Of a stretch of DNA of 64,000 nt, positions 33,392-45,010 are shown piece after piece (position 1 is the stretch's first letter; the number at the start of each line of letters is the position of its first letter). The position numbers and the translations under genes were made by a program. Below the pieces are notes generated by a model that searched no databases, was not told the origin of the DNA, and saw only the letters and a program-made list of their open reading frames with translations. Location: contig CAVSHN010000008.1 in the NCBI GenBank assembly GCA_963727755.1, positions 541,156-605,155 on the forward strand, given 5' to 3'. This DNA is from an uncultured Chloroflexia bacterium. Its GTDB lineage: Bacteria; Chloroflexota; Ktedonobacteria; Ktedonobacterales; Ktedonobacteraceae.

Positions 33392-33499
33392 CAGAGTACC
33401 AAAACAGCCATGAGAGTACTTTAGTACCAAATTGAGTATTCATCTAACAGATTTATAGTACCCTTACCTTTGACTAAGTCAGCACACCTAGTAGTCAAG

Positions 33500-33958
33500 A
33501 ACCCCTGGCTAAAGCCTAGGGGCTTGCGAAACGGCTAGCGCAACGTAAGTTCTTGTCTAGTGGGCTCTCATTCAAGAGAGCAGCAGCGGTATGGGCTAAG
33601 AGATAGTGAAATCCCAGGCTCAAGTGCTAGGGAAAGTAACCGAAAGAGCGTTTGGATGCCACCCTAGTCTAAACCACCTCCTGCCACGCCGAAGCAGACG
33701 GTCTCGGACCTATGCCTGTACTGCAATCACGAAGGGTCATTGAACCTAGGCTTAGACCTAGCGTGCTCAACATCGAGCAAATGTTTTCTGGGCTTTCTCC
33801 TAAAAAGCCCGCCCCGCAAGGGAAAGGAACAAGCAAAGCAGAAAGGGGAGCAAGAGAGTGCTTACGCACAAGACAAGCTGGCCCATCGCCCGCCACTTGT
33901 CTTCCCCACATCCCCTTGCGTGCAGGGAGCCATTCCTCCCCTGCATGAATGACAGGGG
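33500..33958 (+). mobile_element. Miniature IS200/IS605-like element: same 5' hairpin and 3' end module as the IscB element, different interior
   Basis: 5' AACCCCTGGCTAAAGCCTAGGGGCTTGCGAAACGG after a TCAAG flank. The 3' ~150 nt is the reverse complement of 9366-9490, including the terminal cccctgcatgaatgacagggg hairpin. Confidence 0.45.
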
Positions 33959-34033
33959 TCTCTTGGCACATTTCTTATAATGCAATGTATTGTATCATTC
34001 TAGTATACGGGTACTCAAGAAAGCAAATCTGGC

Positions 34034-37000
34034 ATGCCTGGGAATAAACAAGTCTTTAGTACAGCACTGAATGCTGCTGAGCGCCTCCTTTGGGCTTGCC
34101 AATGGATACAGGCTCTGCAAGAATACCAACAAGCACTTGCTGAGTTCCCAGAAGACTTAACAGCTCGCAGCGGTCTCGGCTTCTGCTATATGCAGACCAA
34201 ACAATGGTCAAAAGCACTCGAGGAGTATGGATATGTCCTCAAGAGCGAGCCGAGTAATATTATCGCATTAAGTAAAATTGCCGAGTTGTATGGTATTTTG
34301 AATCAACGTGAGGACGCCTATCATGCGTACCTCCATCTGGCGAATCTCTACTCGCAAGCTGGCCAGGGAACACGCGCAGAGGCAGCGTGGCAGAAAGCTG
34401 TTCAACTGTCCCCCGGCAAACCAGAGCCCCATGAACGGCTCGCAAGCTACTATTTTGAGAAAAAAGATATCGCTCAGATGATTCAACAACGATTGGCAGC
34501 TGCGCAGGACTACCTTCTGTGCAATAAGATCTCATCAGCACAGAAACAATGTGAAGAAGTACTGCGTGCAGATGCAACAAACGCTCAAGCACAACAGATA
34601 CTCGTGCAAATCCAGGATAAAGAAAATGAGGCATCCAATCCATTAGCACTGATAGCAGGAGTATCATCGGTTAACAATGCAGATAGCCCTGTGAATAGAA
34701 TATCAGCAGCCAAAACTGATTCTATCCTATCTAGGGATAACTCTGCAAAAGAAACTTTTCCATTGGGAAATATAAGCGGAGGGAATACTGGCATGATGAA
34801 TAATATGGGCGGCGCAGGTAATTATGGCAACGTTGGCAATTTAGGACCAACTGCAACCATGAACGGGAATGGTGGAGGCATAAATTCTGCCCCTCAGCAG
34901 AGGATCACTGCCAGCCAAGTCACAGAAGCATTGCAACAGGCGCAAATATATCAAGACCAGGGCCGTTTCAACGATGCTATCAACCTCTGCGAACAGATCC
35001 TGGCAAGTGGCTTTGACCGACCAGACGCACGATACTTCCTAGGTTGGCTTTATCAGGAACAACAGCGCTGGGACGAGGCCGTTGAACAGTTCCAGGCTTT
35101 ACTCAACGACCCTGACTACGCACTCTCCTGCTACTACTCACTGGGGCAATGCTACCGAGCAGGCGGCGATTTACGCTCTGCCACCGTGCATTTCGACGAG
35201 GCCGTTGATCGCGTCAACCTCGACGCCCTGACGGTGGAAGAGTCCGATCAACTTGTTCAGCTCTGTCAAGAGGCCGCTGAGGCTCACCGCCTATTAGGCG
35301 AACAGGAACAAGCTTTCACGATCTATAATGCCTTACTTGGTTTCCTGCGCAGTCGTGGCTGGAATGATAAAGTTACGCAGGTCGAGTTCATGATTCAACA
35401 GGCACAGAATATTCTTCCTGCCGACGCTTCTTCAATGACGGGTATGGCACAGACTCAGTCGCCACAGATACCAGCCGATGAAGTCCTCGAAGCTCCCACA
35501 GTAGCTGTCAATACAGCTAACATAGCCAGTAACACACAGTCATCACCTGCTCCAGCCAGTTCTACCGGTGACTTACCTGATTGGCTCACAGGCATTTTGA
35601 ATGATGAGGACAAAACACAAAGGGCCAATAAGCCTGCTACCCCTCCCCCTGCGGCCAAACCAGCACCAGCCATCGAGCAGCCAGCACCCATACAACCTCA
35701 GACTGCTACACCACAAGCATCGGTTGCCCCTCCTGTCGCACCAATAGAACCACCCACGACTACTACACCTGCAAAATCGACTTCCTGGTTAACAGACGAT
35801 GCCAATGCCAACGCCACGCGTGTTCTTCCACCAGAACCCCCGGTTCCTGCTAAACTCAACCACCTGCCGCACCAATACCCGTGCCACAACCACCTGCTGC
35901 ACCGCAGGCTGCTTCCACTGCCCCCATTCCAGAGCCAGCATTTCAGCCGCCTGCCGATGTATTCATACAACCAACATTTAGTGCTCCATCAATTCCTCCA
36001 GTAGATCAGCCTGCTTTTTCCATACTAAGCACTTCTTTCACCCCAATCCCTCCTACACAGCTAAACGGAGCTGCCGCCGCCGAAGATCTGCTTAACCAAA
36101 TGGCTGGAGCACAAGCTAATGAGCTAAATAACGTTGCTGACGCCGTTCTAGCCAGCACAGCTTCATTGCCAGAAAATCTACGCCTGCAAGTCGTACGCTC
36201 CATGCAGAACATTCAGAAGTATATCAACCACGGACTACTGACCCCAGCAAAGGAAGAGTGCTTGCGCGTAATCAATATCGCACCACAATATCTAGATGTA
36301 CACCAAGTACTATGCGAAATCTATGTCCGTGAGGGAAAGATCGATCAAGCCATCCCCAAATACGCTATTCTGGTCGATACCTACATCGCCAACGGGCGTA
36401 TCGAAGATGCTACCGCAACTTACCGACGCATCCTAGAACTCGACCCCAATAACATTACGTATCGCATGCGCCTAATCAATATGCTCTCGGCCCAGGGCAA
36501 CACAGAAGACTTACTGCGCGAGCGTACCTTGGCTGCCAGAGTCTTATCTCCGCCTTGGCTATATGGACCGCGCAATGACTGAGCTTGAACAGGCACTGCT
36601 GGAGAATCCGACCAATGTGCCAACTCGTCTGAACTATGCGCTGGCACTACAAAAGCTAGGACGTACCCAGGAGGCCATTGCAGAATACCAGCGCGTGTTA
36701 CAAGTTGATCCGCGCAATACCACTGCCCTTGTCCGTTGGCATGTCGCGATGGTCACAAACCTAGGTACGCCCCGAGGCACATCGCTCGAGGTGCTGTCAC
36801 GTATCCGCTGGCAATTGCGTGGTCCAGGACAGAAATATGCAGACTTTGTGACACGTGAGTATCTACAGGCATTAGATCTCTACCCCAACAATGCCGATGT
36901 GCATTATACATTAGGACAAATCTACCAGCAGAGTGGTCAATACGACCGTGCACTCGACTCATACCTCCTAGCCACACGCGATAATGCTGTCGAGATCCTG

Positions 37001-37972
37001 GCTCGCGTCAGCGCCGCTCAAACATTGTTTGCACAGGGCAGACCTGAACCAGCTATGCAGCACCTTGAACAGGTTTTACAACAAGTGCGACAATCTCCCA
37101 CTGCAATTGACCTCGCTACATGGGCCGCACGTCCGCGTGAAGAAGGCGAAGAACACCAAGCTCCCGAAATGGAAATCTCCTTGCAGCTTGTACAGGCCTA
37201 TAAACGCACAGGTCGTCAAGAGCAGATGCAAGCCCTTCTGCGCCAAGTGAAACAGCTTAAGACTGGACAGGACGAGGTAGTTTCCACCCTAGCCGATATA
37301 TCAAACCTGAATAACGACCCTGAAACCACCATGCGCGAATACCTCAAGTTGGTCAAACACTATCGCCAGAGCCGACAGCATGATAACGCACTCAAGACAT
37401 TGAATGAGATGATACGCTTTGCACCAGAGGACCCACGTACTCACGAAGAGCTGGCAGATATCTACATCAAGCGAGGCATGTTGGAAGAGGGGATGGCAGA
37501 ATTACGCATCCTGGCAGATATCTATCTCCGCAACGGCAATCTAGAGCAATCTGCTACGAAAATTCAACACATTGGCAACATGTACGCCCAGATGGGCAAC
37601 AACGATGAAGCACTATCTACCCTCTTCCGCGCCGCAGAGTTAGATAACAGCTCGATGGAACTGCTACGCGAGGTAGTTGGCCTGTGCCTGCAACTCGGCC
37701 GCAACCAAGATGCTGCTCGCTACCAGATTCAGATCGCCCGCCACTATGTTGCCACAGACCAGATCAAAGATGCTGTCGCAGCTCTCCAGCAATTGATTAC
37801 CATCGACCGCAACAATTATGAAGCCTATGACTTGCTAGGCCAAACCTACCAGTCTGTGGGTGAATATGAACAAGCCAGTCGTGTTTATCGCAACCTCGCC
37901 AAAATGAACCCCAGCAGTTCCACTGCCCGTGAACGACTAGCAACACTGCAAGAGTTACGTGCAGCCCGTTAA
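34034..37972 (+). CDS. Very large TPR-repeat protein with a Pro/Ala/Thr-rich low-complexity linker, two frame interruptions
   Basis: TPR repeats in 34034..36004 and 36563..37972. ORF 35881..36582 bridges them. Breaks are at the AAA run 35852-35854 and at tt in gtcttatctcc (about 36545). Confidence 0.55.
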
Positions 37973-38176
37973 CTGAGGTGATTCCCAGCTCGCGAATTGC
38001 AAAAGATGAGGTACGTTGTCTATCTTTTGGATAATGATACGTGTTATAAGAGTACCAGAAAAATGCTTGGTGCCGCTCAGATGCTGAGTTATCCTTACGA
38101 CATGAAGTTTGTAGCACCAAAGATTGTATTGCCACTGGAGATGAACATTCGTTCCAACTAAGGAGGTAATTGATCC

Positions 38177-38701
38177 ATGCCAGTGCAAACTCAAAAAGAC
38201 CTGTTTTTACATGAGCTGGGTGACATCTACGATGCTGAACAGCGCATAAAAAACATATTGCCTGAGATGGCTAAAGAGGCACAAGACCCCGATATCAAGA
38301 AAGCTTTTGAGCAGCATCTTACCGAGACCAACCAGCAGATTAATAATATCGAGCAATGTTTCAAGGTACTCGGCGTGCAGCCAAAAACTTCCCCCTGCCT
38401 GGCAATTGATGGCCTCAAGAAAGAGCATGACAATTTTATGCGTGAGCAGCCCTCTGCCGAAATTCTCTCGATGTATGACCTGGAAGCGGCAGTGAAAACT
38501 GAACATTATGAAATTGCATCCTATCAAGGCCTGATTGACTCAGCAACCACGTTGGGACAGTCACAATGTGCCCAACTGCTCAAACAAAACCTTGATCAAG
38601 AAGAGGTAATGGCCGAAAAGGTTGTGCTCTTCGCCCGCCAACTCAGCAAGCAGATAGCAGGACAGGTGAGCAAAGACATCGACGTTAGCGATATCGAATA
38701 G
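38177..38701 (+). CDS. Ferritin-like DUF892/YciE-family protein
   Basis: Full-length similarity to YciE/YciF-type ferritin-like stress proteins. AGGAGG SD upstream. Confidence 0.7.
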   Translation: MPVQTQKDLFLHELGDIYDAEQRIKNILPEMAKEAQDPDIKKAFEQHLTETNQQINNIEQCFKVLGVQPKTSPCLAIDGLKKEHDNFMREQPSAEILSMYDLEAAVKTEHYEIASYQGLIDSATTLGQSQCAQLLKQNLDQEEVMAEKVVLFARQLSKQIAGQVSKDIDVSDIE

Positions 38702-39005
38702 GAAAGTCTTCATTAAACCATGAGCTGCCCATATACGGGTAGCTCATGGTTCAGTCTATAGATGTCATTGCTCTGGATACATAGGATATTATTCCTAAAC
38801 ATATAGCAGAAAACGACGAAAAGCTGATATCATTATGTTCAAGGAAAGTCAATAGGCAAGGATACGTCAGAGACGAAACGGTTTTAGCAAGAACAAAACC
38901 AAAATGTGATTCCCCCCTTTGTCTTTGTTTCTTTCCCATCTGCAAAAAACATACAGCGCCATTACTTTTTTTATGGTACTGATTGGAAAAAGGAGTTCAA
39001 AAAAC

Positions 39006-39206
39006 ATGAGTCAATTATTAACTGTTTCAGAAGTTGCCGATATTTTGCGTGTTGATGCGACAACCGTCCGACGTTGGGTGAAGTATGGTGTGCTTGAAGC
39101 TATAAGTCTACCACATGCTCGTAAGCGGCGATCCTATCGGATTAAACGCGAAACGTTAGACAAGGTTTTTGAAAACAATACACACCTGCAACTTGCTCAA
39201 GCCTAA
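39006..39206 (+). CDS. Small excisionase-type helix-turn-helix protein
   Basis: LTVSEVADILRVDATTVRRWVKYGVL. Start taken as MSQLL rather than the track's 38919. Confidence 0.45.
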   Translation: MSQLLTVSEVADILRVDATTVRRWVKYGVLEAISLPHARKRRSYRIKRETLDKVFENNTHLQLAQA

Positions 39207-39541
39207 GTCAGGCCCTGACCTGATAGACCGTAATTGGTCCCAGTTTAGCCGTTCTGGCAAAACGGCTTCCCGAAAAGGTTTCGCTTAGCCAAAAACGGCA
39301 GCCTTCATCGCTGCGGCAACTTTGATGTTGGCAGGATAGGGCAAGTCATGAGTCAATCAGCATTGACTCATCTTTGATGTAGATGCTATAGTATCTTTTG
39401 AAGACACTATGCTCTCTACGTCAAAGTTGCATAGATGTATGCACATCTCTACGCTTAACAGGCCGTATAGGATAACTTTAAGTCCCTGTCCAACGGAAGA
39501 TGTCTTCCTCAACTATCGAGGATGTTTGAATACAAGAAGGA

Positions 39542-40522
39542 TTGCCGTGCGATATGACATTTGCGAAAACTTTGCTTAAGACGAGCCTATCCGTGGGTGG
39601 TATCCTCGGAACACTGGCGATTGTCAACAAAGTGACCGAAACCATGGCGGGCGAACTCGATACCGTATTAACTGGTGAAGAGCGTCGCTATCCCTGGAAA
39701 TATGGTGATGTGTTTTATAAGGTGCAAGGGGCCCGGGATGCTAAGCCACTTGTGCTCATCCATAGTCTAAGTCTAGGAGCTTCTTCTTACGAGTGGCGCA
39801 AAAATGCCGATGCGTTGGCTCAACAGTTCCGTGTCTACACACCAGACTTGCTGGGGTTTGGTCTCTCCGATCACCCAACGATCGATTACGACGCTGAACT
39901 CTACGCAGACCTGATTAGTGATTTTCTGAAGGAAACTATCGGTCAACCTGCGATCGTCGTTGCTCATGGCCTTACCAGTGCCTACGTAATTGCGGCAGCC
40001 TATCGTCGTCCCCAATTATTTGAGCGGCTGGTACTAGTGGAACCATCACCTATCATATTGGAAGAGGCTTATCCAGGCCCTCTCAGCTCCGCATGGAAGC
40101 TTCTCCTGCGAACCCCAATTGTGGGCCAGTTTATCTATAATCGGCTAACCTCTCGTCAGGCTATTTGCAGCTACTATGATAAGCAAGGCTACCACAATCC
40201 CGGCTTAATCACTGACGAGCTAGTTGAGTATATCTATACCAGTGCTCATCAGCCCAATAGCCGTTTTGCGATCGCCTCTCTTCTCAGCAATCACTTGAAT
40301 CTGGATGTGCAAGAACCTTTCAGTCATTTGAAAACCCCCGTGGTTGTCGTGTGGGGACGCGAAGGTACACTCGCCTCTTCCGAAGCGCGTGCTGCTTTCA
40401 AACGTGCCAATCCTGACATCGTCGTGGATATCATCGACAAAGCCAGACTGCACGTCCAGGATGAACAGGCTAATCAGTTCAACACTCTGATCCGCGAATT
40501 TGCTCCCACAACTGTGAGATGA
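39542..40522 (+). CDS. Alpha/beta-fold hydrolase
   Basis: Alpha/beta hydrolase-6 pattern (PLVLIHSLSLGASSYEW, VVAHGLTSAY, LVLVEPS). The nucleophile motif is atypical (GLTSA). Confidence 0.7.
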   Translation: MPCDMTFAKTLLKTSLSVGGILGTLAIVNKVTETMAGELDTVLTGEERRYPWKYGDVFYKVQGARDAKPLVLIHSLSLGASSYEWRKNADALAQQFRVYTPDLLGFGLSDHPTIDYDAELYADLISDFLKETIGQPAIVVAHGLTSAYVIAAAYRRPQLFERLVLVEPSPIILEEAYPGPLSSAWKLLLRTPIVGQFIYNRLTSRQAICSYYDKQGYHNPGLITDELVEYIYTSAHQPNSRFAIASLLSNHLNLDVQEPFSHLKTPVVVVWGREGTLASSEARAAFKRANPDIVVDIIDKARLHVQDEQANQFNTLIREFAPTTVR

Positions 40523-40554
40523 ATCCGAGAGTGACGAGATCGTGAGCATAAAGG

Positions 40555-40589
40555 GAGATCTCCACACCCTAGCTGAGTGTGGAGATCTC
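40555..40589. terminator. 13-bp perfect stem hairpin (gagatctccacac...gtgtggagatctc) 3' of the hydrolase gene
   Basis: Seen directly. A weaker copy is at 42264-42298. Confidence 0.45.
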
Positions 40590-40711
40590 CCACAATCTGC
40601 ATCTACGCCCCATCCGCAGTGCGATGAGCGACCTAGAAGATCTATGCCCATCCATCTCTCAGCGGGGATTCATTTTTCCCGATTCCCACATGGGTTCCTG
40701 CTATCAGTCAC

Positions 40712-41797
40712 TCACTGAATATTACAACAGTCATCATCAATACAACAGTCACCACCACCACCACTGCCACCACCACTATTGTAATCCACGGCACCATCTA
40801 CATATCCCTCCGTGTAGTTATCACGCCTTCGACGTTCAGCTCTAGAGGGCCTATTACTCTCGTCATCGCGACAACAGCAGTCCCAGCAAGACTTCAAAGT
40901 ATCCTCAATCCTCTTAACAAGCTTCTTCCCATCCTCCTTAAAACCCTTCCAGTCTATACACCCCACTTCCACAGCTTCGCCACCTCTTCTATCGTGTTCA
41001 GGCTGTACACGCGCATTGCGCAACTCTCCCAATTCTCGCGAATATTGCAAATATTGCAGATACTGCGACTCTCGCTCAATCTGCTCGTTCAGCTGACTCA
41101 TTTGTTCATACCGCTCGCGCCACTCTCTCGCCTGATCAGATTCGCTCAATTCATGCAAAGGTTGCATGTTCATCCTTGAAAGTCCGGGTAACTGCAAATA
41201 TTCTCGATACGCCTCATGTTTCTCTCGTAATCTCTTCGGTTCTGAGGTGCCACCATCTGAGGAAACAGCTCTACCTACTTCCTGATAAGCAATAACGGCG
41301 GATAAGGTAAATGCCGCATTCCGAAAATCTGTGTTGCTGCCTTTACTAAAAATGAGCGCTGGCTTTTTCTTCAGCCGATCGATAAATTCCTTTACATAAT
41401 CATTATTCGTCAATAGCGGCTCGAGTATACCTGCTACTACTGCTTGATCATACTTACCAGCTACTATGTCGTTAACATGTGGGCCAATCGACGGGTTACC
41501 CATGAAGTTTCTAATGTTCCTCTGAGCTTTCTCATCATTCAGCGCACTGCGAAATAGTTCGCCAACCGATTTATCAGACTTTAGAAGAATCTTCCGGAGA
41601 GTCTTCTCGAAGGACGTCAACGCTCGTGCTTCTGTCCCTTTGCTCTCGCTCGACTCTGGCCGAGACAAAGGAGAATCCTGCAAAGGCATCCCCTTGACGC
41701 CATCTCTTCTCATACGTTGAAGCCTGTTTTCACTAGATGAGCTACTTCCTACAGTCCCATTTACTCCATGATACGCTGATAATACAACTTTATCCAT
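40712..41797 (-). CDS. Hypothetical protein with an extreme Cys/Asp/Gly-rich C-terminal tail, cassette gene 1
   Basis: 361 aa. Tail is CWDCCCRDD...GGGSGGGGDCCIDDDCCNIQ. Preceded by a conserved ~400-nt upstream module. Confidence 0.45.
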   Translation of the reverse strand: MDKVVLSAYHGVNGTVGSSSSSENRLQRMRRDGVKGMPLQDSPLSRPESSESKGTEARALTSFEKTLRKILLKSDKSVGELFRSALNDEKAQRNIRNFMGNPSIGPHVNDIVAGKYDQAVVAGILEPLLTNNDYVKEFIDRLKKKPALIFSKGSNTDFRNAAFTLSAVIAYQEVGRAVSSDGGTSEPKRLREKHEAYREYLQLPGLSRMNMQPLHELSESDQAREWRERYEQMSQLNEQIERESQYLQYLQYSRELGELRNARVQPEHDRRGGEAVEVGCIDWKGFKEDGKKLVKRIEDTLKSCWDCCCRDDESNRPSRAERRRRDNYTEGYVDGAVDYNSGGGSGGGGDCCIDDDCCNIQ

Positions 41798-42386
41798 ATG
41801 CCACTCCTTTTACTTCTTGATAGAGTTCAAACTCATCCAATCTCGCTCGTGTGAAACGCTTCACACCATTTTCCAAAATCAACACAACATGCAGGCTCAG
41901 AGCTGGCATGAGCAATGGCAGTCTCTCTCCGTGATGTTGACAGCTCACGATCCAGAGATTCCTCCTCCAGCCATTCCCTCAACTGGAGAACTGTTCGGCA
42001 GTGCCCTCGACTCTCATACTCAGCAATAGCCCTAGCTTTAACACTACCTTCATCACTGCATGCCCGTCAAGATGACAAAGAGGTGACAAATCCTACAGGA
42101 CGAGATAAGCGTGCCAATCCTGACATCGTTATGCAGATCATTGACAAAGCCAGACTGCACATCCAAGATGAACAGACTGATCAGTTCAATCATCCGATCC
42201 GCGAACTTGCTCCCACAACGGTGAGATGAACCAGAGAGTGACGAGATCGTAAGCACAAAGAGAGACCTTCACACCCTAGCTGAGTGTGGAGATCTCCCAC
42301 AGCATGCCTCTACGCATCAAACAATCTGTTGTACAACGAGCAGCTGGGAGAATCTATGCTCCTCCACTCCTTAGCGAGCTGCCATT

Positions 42387-44048
42387 CTATGGATTCTCGG
42401 GTGAGAAGTCCTCTAACGAGCTTGAACCGTTTGTGCGACGCGAAGGCCCAGGATCGTCATACTCACTTGGTTGTTGCGTTCCTCTCTCGTTGTCTACCAT
42501 ACTTCGTACCATTGCACGCCTGATTCCCTCATCGTTGCGGGGACCCATTCTTTCCGATGGTATGGGAAGCAACGGCGGGTTATCACTGTTTCTGCGATCG
42601 ACCTGCCCAGAGCTAGAACCCTCTTCGAACAAAGATTGAGGCCTACCACCCGGATATCCCTCGATACCGCCCCGGCTTTCTAGCTGTTGTCTCTCAAGAT
42701 CGCGTTCTAGAGATTTCCCATCGGGTTTAGGTTCATAAGGGACAGGTATAGCGGCAAGTATACGATTGGAGTCTATACGCTCGAGCAGATAACCAATGAC
42801 CATTGGTATATCTCTTGGTTGCACTTCCCTATTTTGATTCCTCTGCTCACCTTGATTCCCCTGCCTATTTTGATTCCTCTGCTCATATCGATAGCAACAC
42901 CATAACAAAACACACAACATAGCCACGCCTACCATACTAATACTCCAAGAAATCCGGTCAGAGGATTTATTTGGTGTATCATTTGTTGATGGTGTATCAT
43001 CTGCTAATGGTATATTATCTGCTAATAGTACTTCCGCATGTTGCTGTACTTCTTGTATCATTCTCTTCGTCAGAGACAATTTTCGAATGTCTTCCAAAGA
43101 ATAGAGATCATGCGCTCTAAGCTCATTATCCTGTATTAAATGTTTAAAGTTTTCCATATACTTCTTATTGTTGAACACCTTTTTGAGGACTTGCAGAGCC
43201 TTCGGATTCTCCCATAACAAGATGGCTCGTTCGACATTCTCCTTATTCTTCAGCTCAGAGATGACACACCTCCTAACCCCTTCATCCTGTATTAAATCGT
43301 TAATACCTCCCATAACCTCCTTATCATTCTGCACCATTTGCAAGCATTTGCGAGCCTCCGGATGCTCCTTGAGAAAAGCAGCGCAAGTTCTCAAGGTGTC
43401 AAACTCCTCCCTACTCAGCTTGAGAGACTCTGCCCTTTCGCTCTTGTCCTGCTTTAGCTGATCTGGATGAGCATCTGTTACGGATCGAGAAGTCTTCTCA
43501 CCAAGCGTCACCTTCCTCGAACGAAAATCAAGAGCTGTCTCCCTGTCATCTTTTCTCTGACCCTCTCCTTGATGCAAGCCCTTGGAAGCTTGCTCACCTT
43601 CTCTGGCCCATTTATCAATATCTTCAGCCAAGTGAGGCCATAGCTTACGTAACGGCGAGTCCTCGTCGGGAACTCCCAAGTTTTTATTTGTCCCATCTGG
43701 ATCAGATGACCCTGGGGTATCCTGGGATAATTTCCTCTCTGGCAGTCCCTCAATGCAGTTGGCTCGCTGCTCAGGCACTGCCAGAGAAGAAGATGGTCGA
43801 TCCGTTAGCTCCTTGCCGCCCCCTAGAGCAAGAGCTGTATCAGAAGCTCCAGGCGGTGAGACACCCTCGGCACGACTTATCCCCGAAGCTCCTTGGACAG
43901 CCAGAACAGCCAAGCCAAGACGGTACGCTCCTGCAAATGCAACACCTACATACTTTCGCATTTTATCAGAAGCGGTACCGCTTCCATCTTTTGGCTCTCC
44001 TTTCTCGCTAGACTTTGATTCATTTTCACTATTTACGTCTCCTGACAT
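42387..44048 (-). CDS. Hypothetical membrane-anchored protein, cassette gene 2
   Basis: 553 aa. N-terminus MSGDVNSENESK then a hydrophobic helix (YVGVAFAGAYRLGLAVLAV), helical repeats in the middle, a second TM, and a low-complexity Q/N/R-rich C-terminus. Confidence 0.45.
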   Translation of the reverse strand: MSGDVNSENESKSSEKGEPKDGSGTASDKMRKYVGVAFAGAYRLGLAVLAVQGASGISRAEGVSPPGASDTALALGGGKELTDRPSSSLAVPEQRANCIEGLPERKLSQDTPGSSDPDGTNKNLGVPDEDSPLRKLWPHLAEDIDKWAREGEQASKGLHQGEGQRKDDRETALDFRSRKVTLGEKTSRSVTDAHPDQLKQDKSERAESLKLSREEFDTLRTCAAFLKEHPEARKCLQMVQNDKEVMGGINDLIQDEGVRRCVISELKNKENVERAILLWENPKALQVLKKVFNNKKYMENFKHLIQDNELRAHDLYSLEDIRKLSLTKRMIQEVQQHAEVLLADNIPLADDTPSTNDTPNKSSDRISWSISMVGVAMLCVLLWCCYRYEQRNQNRQGNQGEQRNQNREVQPRDIPMVIGYLLERIDSNRILAAIPVPYEPKPDGKSLERDLERQQLESRGGIEGYPGGRPQSLFEEGSSSGQVDRRNSDNPPLLPIPSERMGPRNDEGIRRAMVRSMVDNERGTQQPSEYDDPGPSRRTNGSSSLEDFSPENP

Positions 44049-44449
44049 CCTTGTTTCTTTGAAATCCCAATTTTATACTCCTTTTACTTTTAATAGGTGT
44101 TCAAACTTATTCAATCTCATTCAGGCGAGACGCTTGACACCGTTTTTCAAAATCAACACAACATGTAGGCTCAGAGCAGGCATGAGCAATGGCAGTCTCT
44201 CTCCGTGATGTTAACAGCTCACGATCCAGAGATTCCTCCTCCAGCCATTCCCTCAACTGGAGAACTGTTCGGCTGTGTCCTCGACTCTCATACTCAGCAA
44301 TAGCCCTAGCTTTAACACTACCTTCATCACTATATGCCTGTCAAGATGACAAAGAGATGACAAGGTGACAGCTCATACAGACGAGATAAGCATGCCACTT
44401 CCTGACATCGTCGTGGATATCATCGACAAAGCCAGTCTCCAGCGGGGTT

Positions 44450-45010
44450 CTATGTTTTGCTACGAGAAGATCTCAACGAACCCCGCCGTGTGGCCTCCTC
44501 CAGACTAATTAGTTCGTCTTGGCCTTTTCCTTGTGCTTTCCTCCGCCGTGTCGTCTCCCCCAGAATGATTGGAGGACTCTGCTCGTCTTGGCCTTTTCCT
44601 CGCGCTTTCCACCTCCATGTCGTCTCCCCCAGAATGATTGGAGGACTCTGTTCGTCTTGGCCTTTCCTCCGTATCCCTCCTCGCCGTGTCGTCTCCCCCA
44701 GATGAGGACTTAGCATCCCCAACTCGCCTTTTCCTCGCGCTTTCCACCTCCGCGCCATCTCTCCCAGATGAGGACTCAGTATCCCCAACTCGCCTTTTCC
44801 TCGCGCTTTCCACCTCCATGTCGTCTCCTCCAGATGAGGACTTAGCATCCCCAACTCGCCTTTCACTCGCGCTTTCCACCTCCATATCGTCGCTCCCAGA
44901 TGAGGACTTATTATCCCCAACTCGCCTTTTATTCGTTTCTCCCTGGGCTGATGATATATCACGTCTCTTCGCAATATTTCGGGAAGGCTCCACCGATGAG
45001 CTTGCGCCAA
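44450..45010. repeat. Minisatellite of about eight units of 59-69 nt
   Basis: Units are cgtcttggccttttcctcgcgctttccacctccatgtcgtctccc(c)cagaWtga.... Unit length varies, and ORFs are open in four frames, so coding status is uncertain. Confidence 0.6.

Noticed and set aside
35881-36582. 35881..36582 as an independent gene
   Set aside because: It bridges two TPR ORFs and begins with the same Pro/Ala-rich linker. It is most simply one giant TPR gene.
41817-42229. Plus-strand ORFs 41817..42029 and 41915..42229
   Set aside because: They lie in the repeated upstream module. The second is a relic copy of the hydrolase C-terminus, not an independent gene.
44450-45010. CRISPR array at the 44.4-45.0 kb repeats
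   Set aside because: Units are 59-69 nt with no unique spacers between conserved repeats, no cas genes are nearby, and the repeats are GC-rich protein-like tracts.
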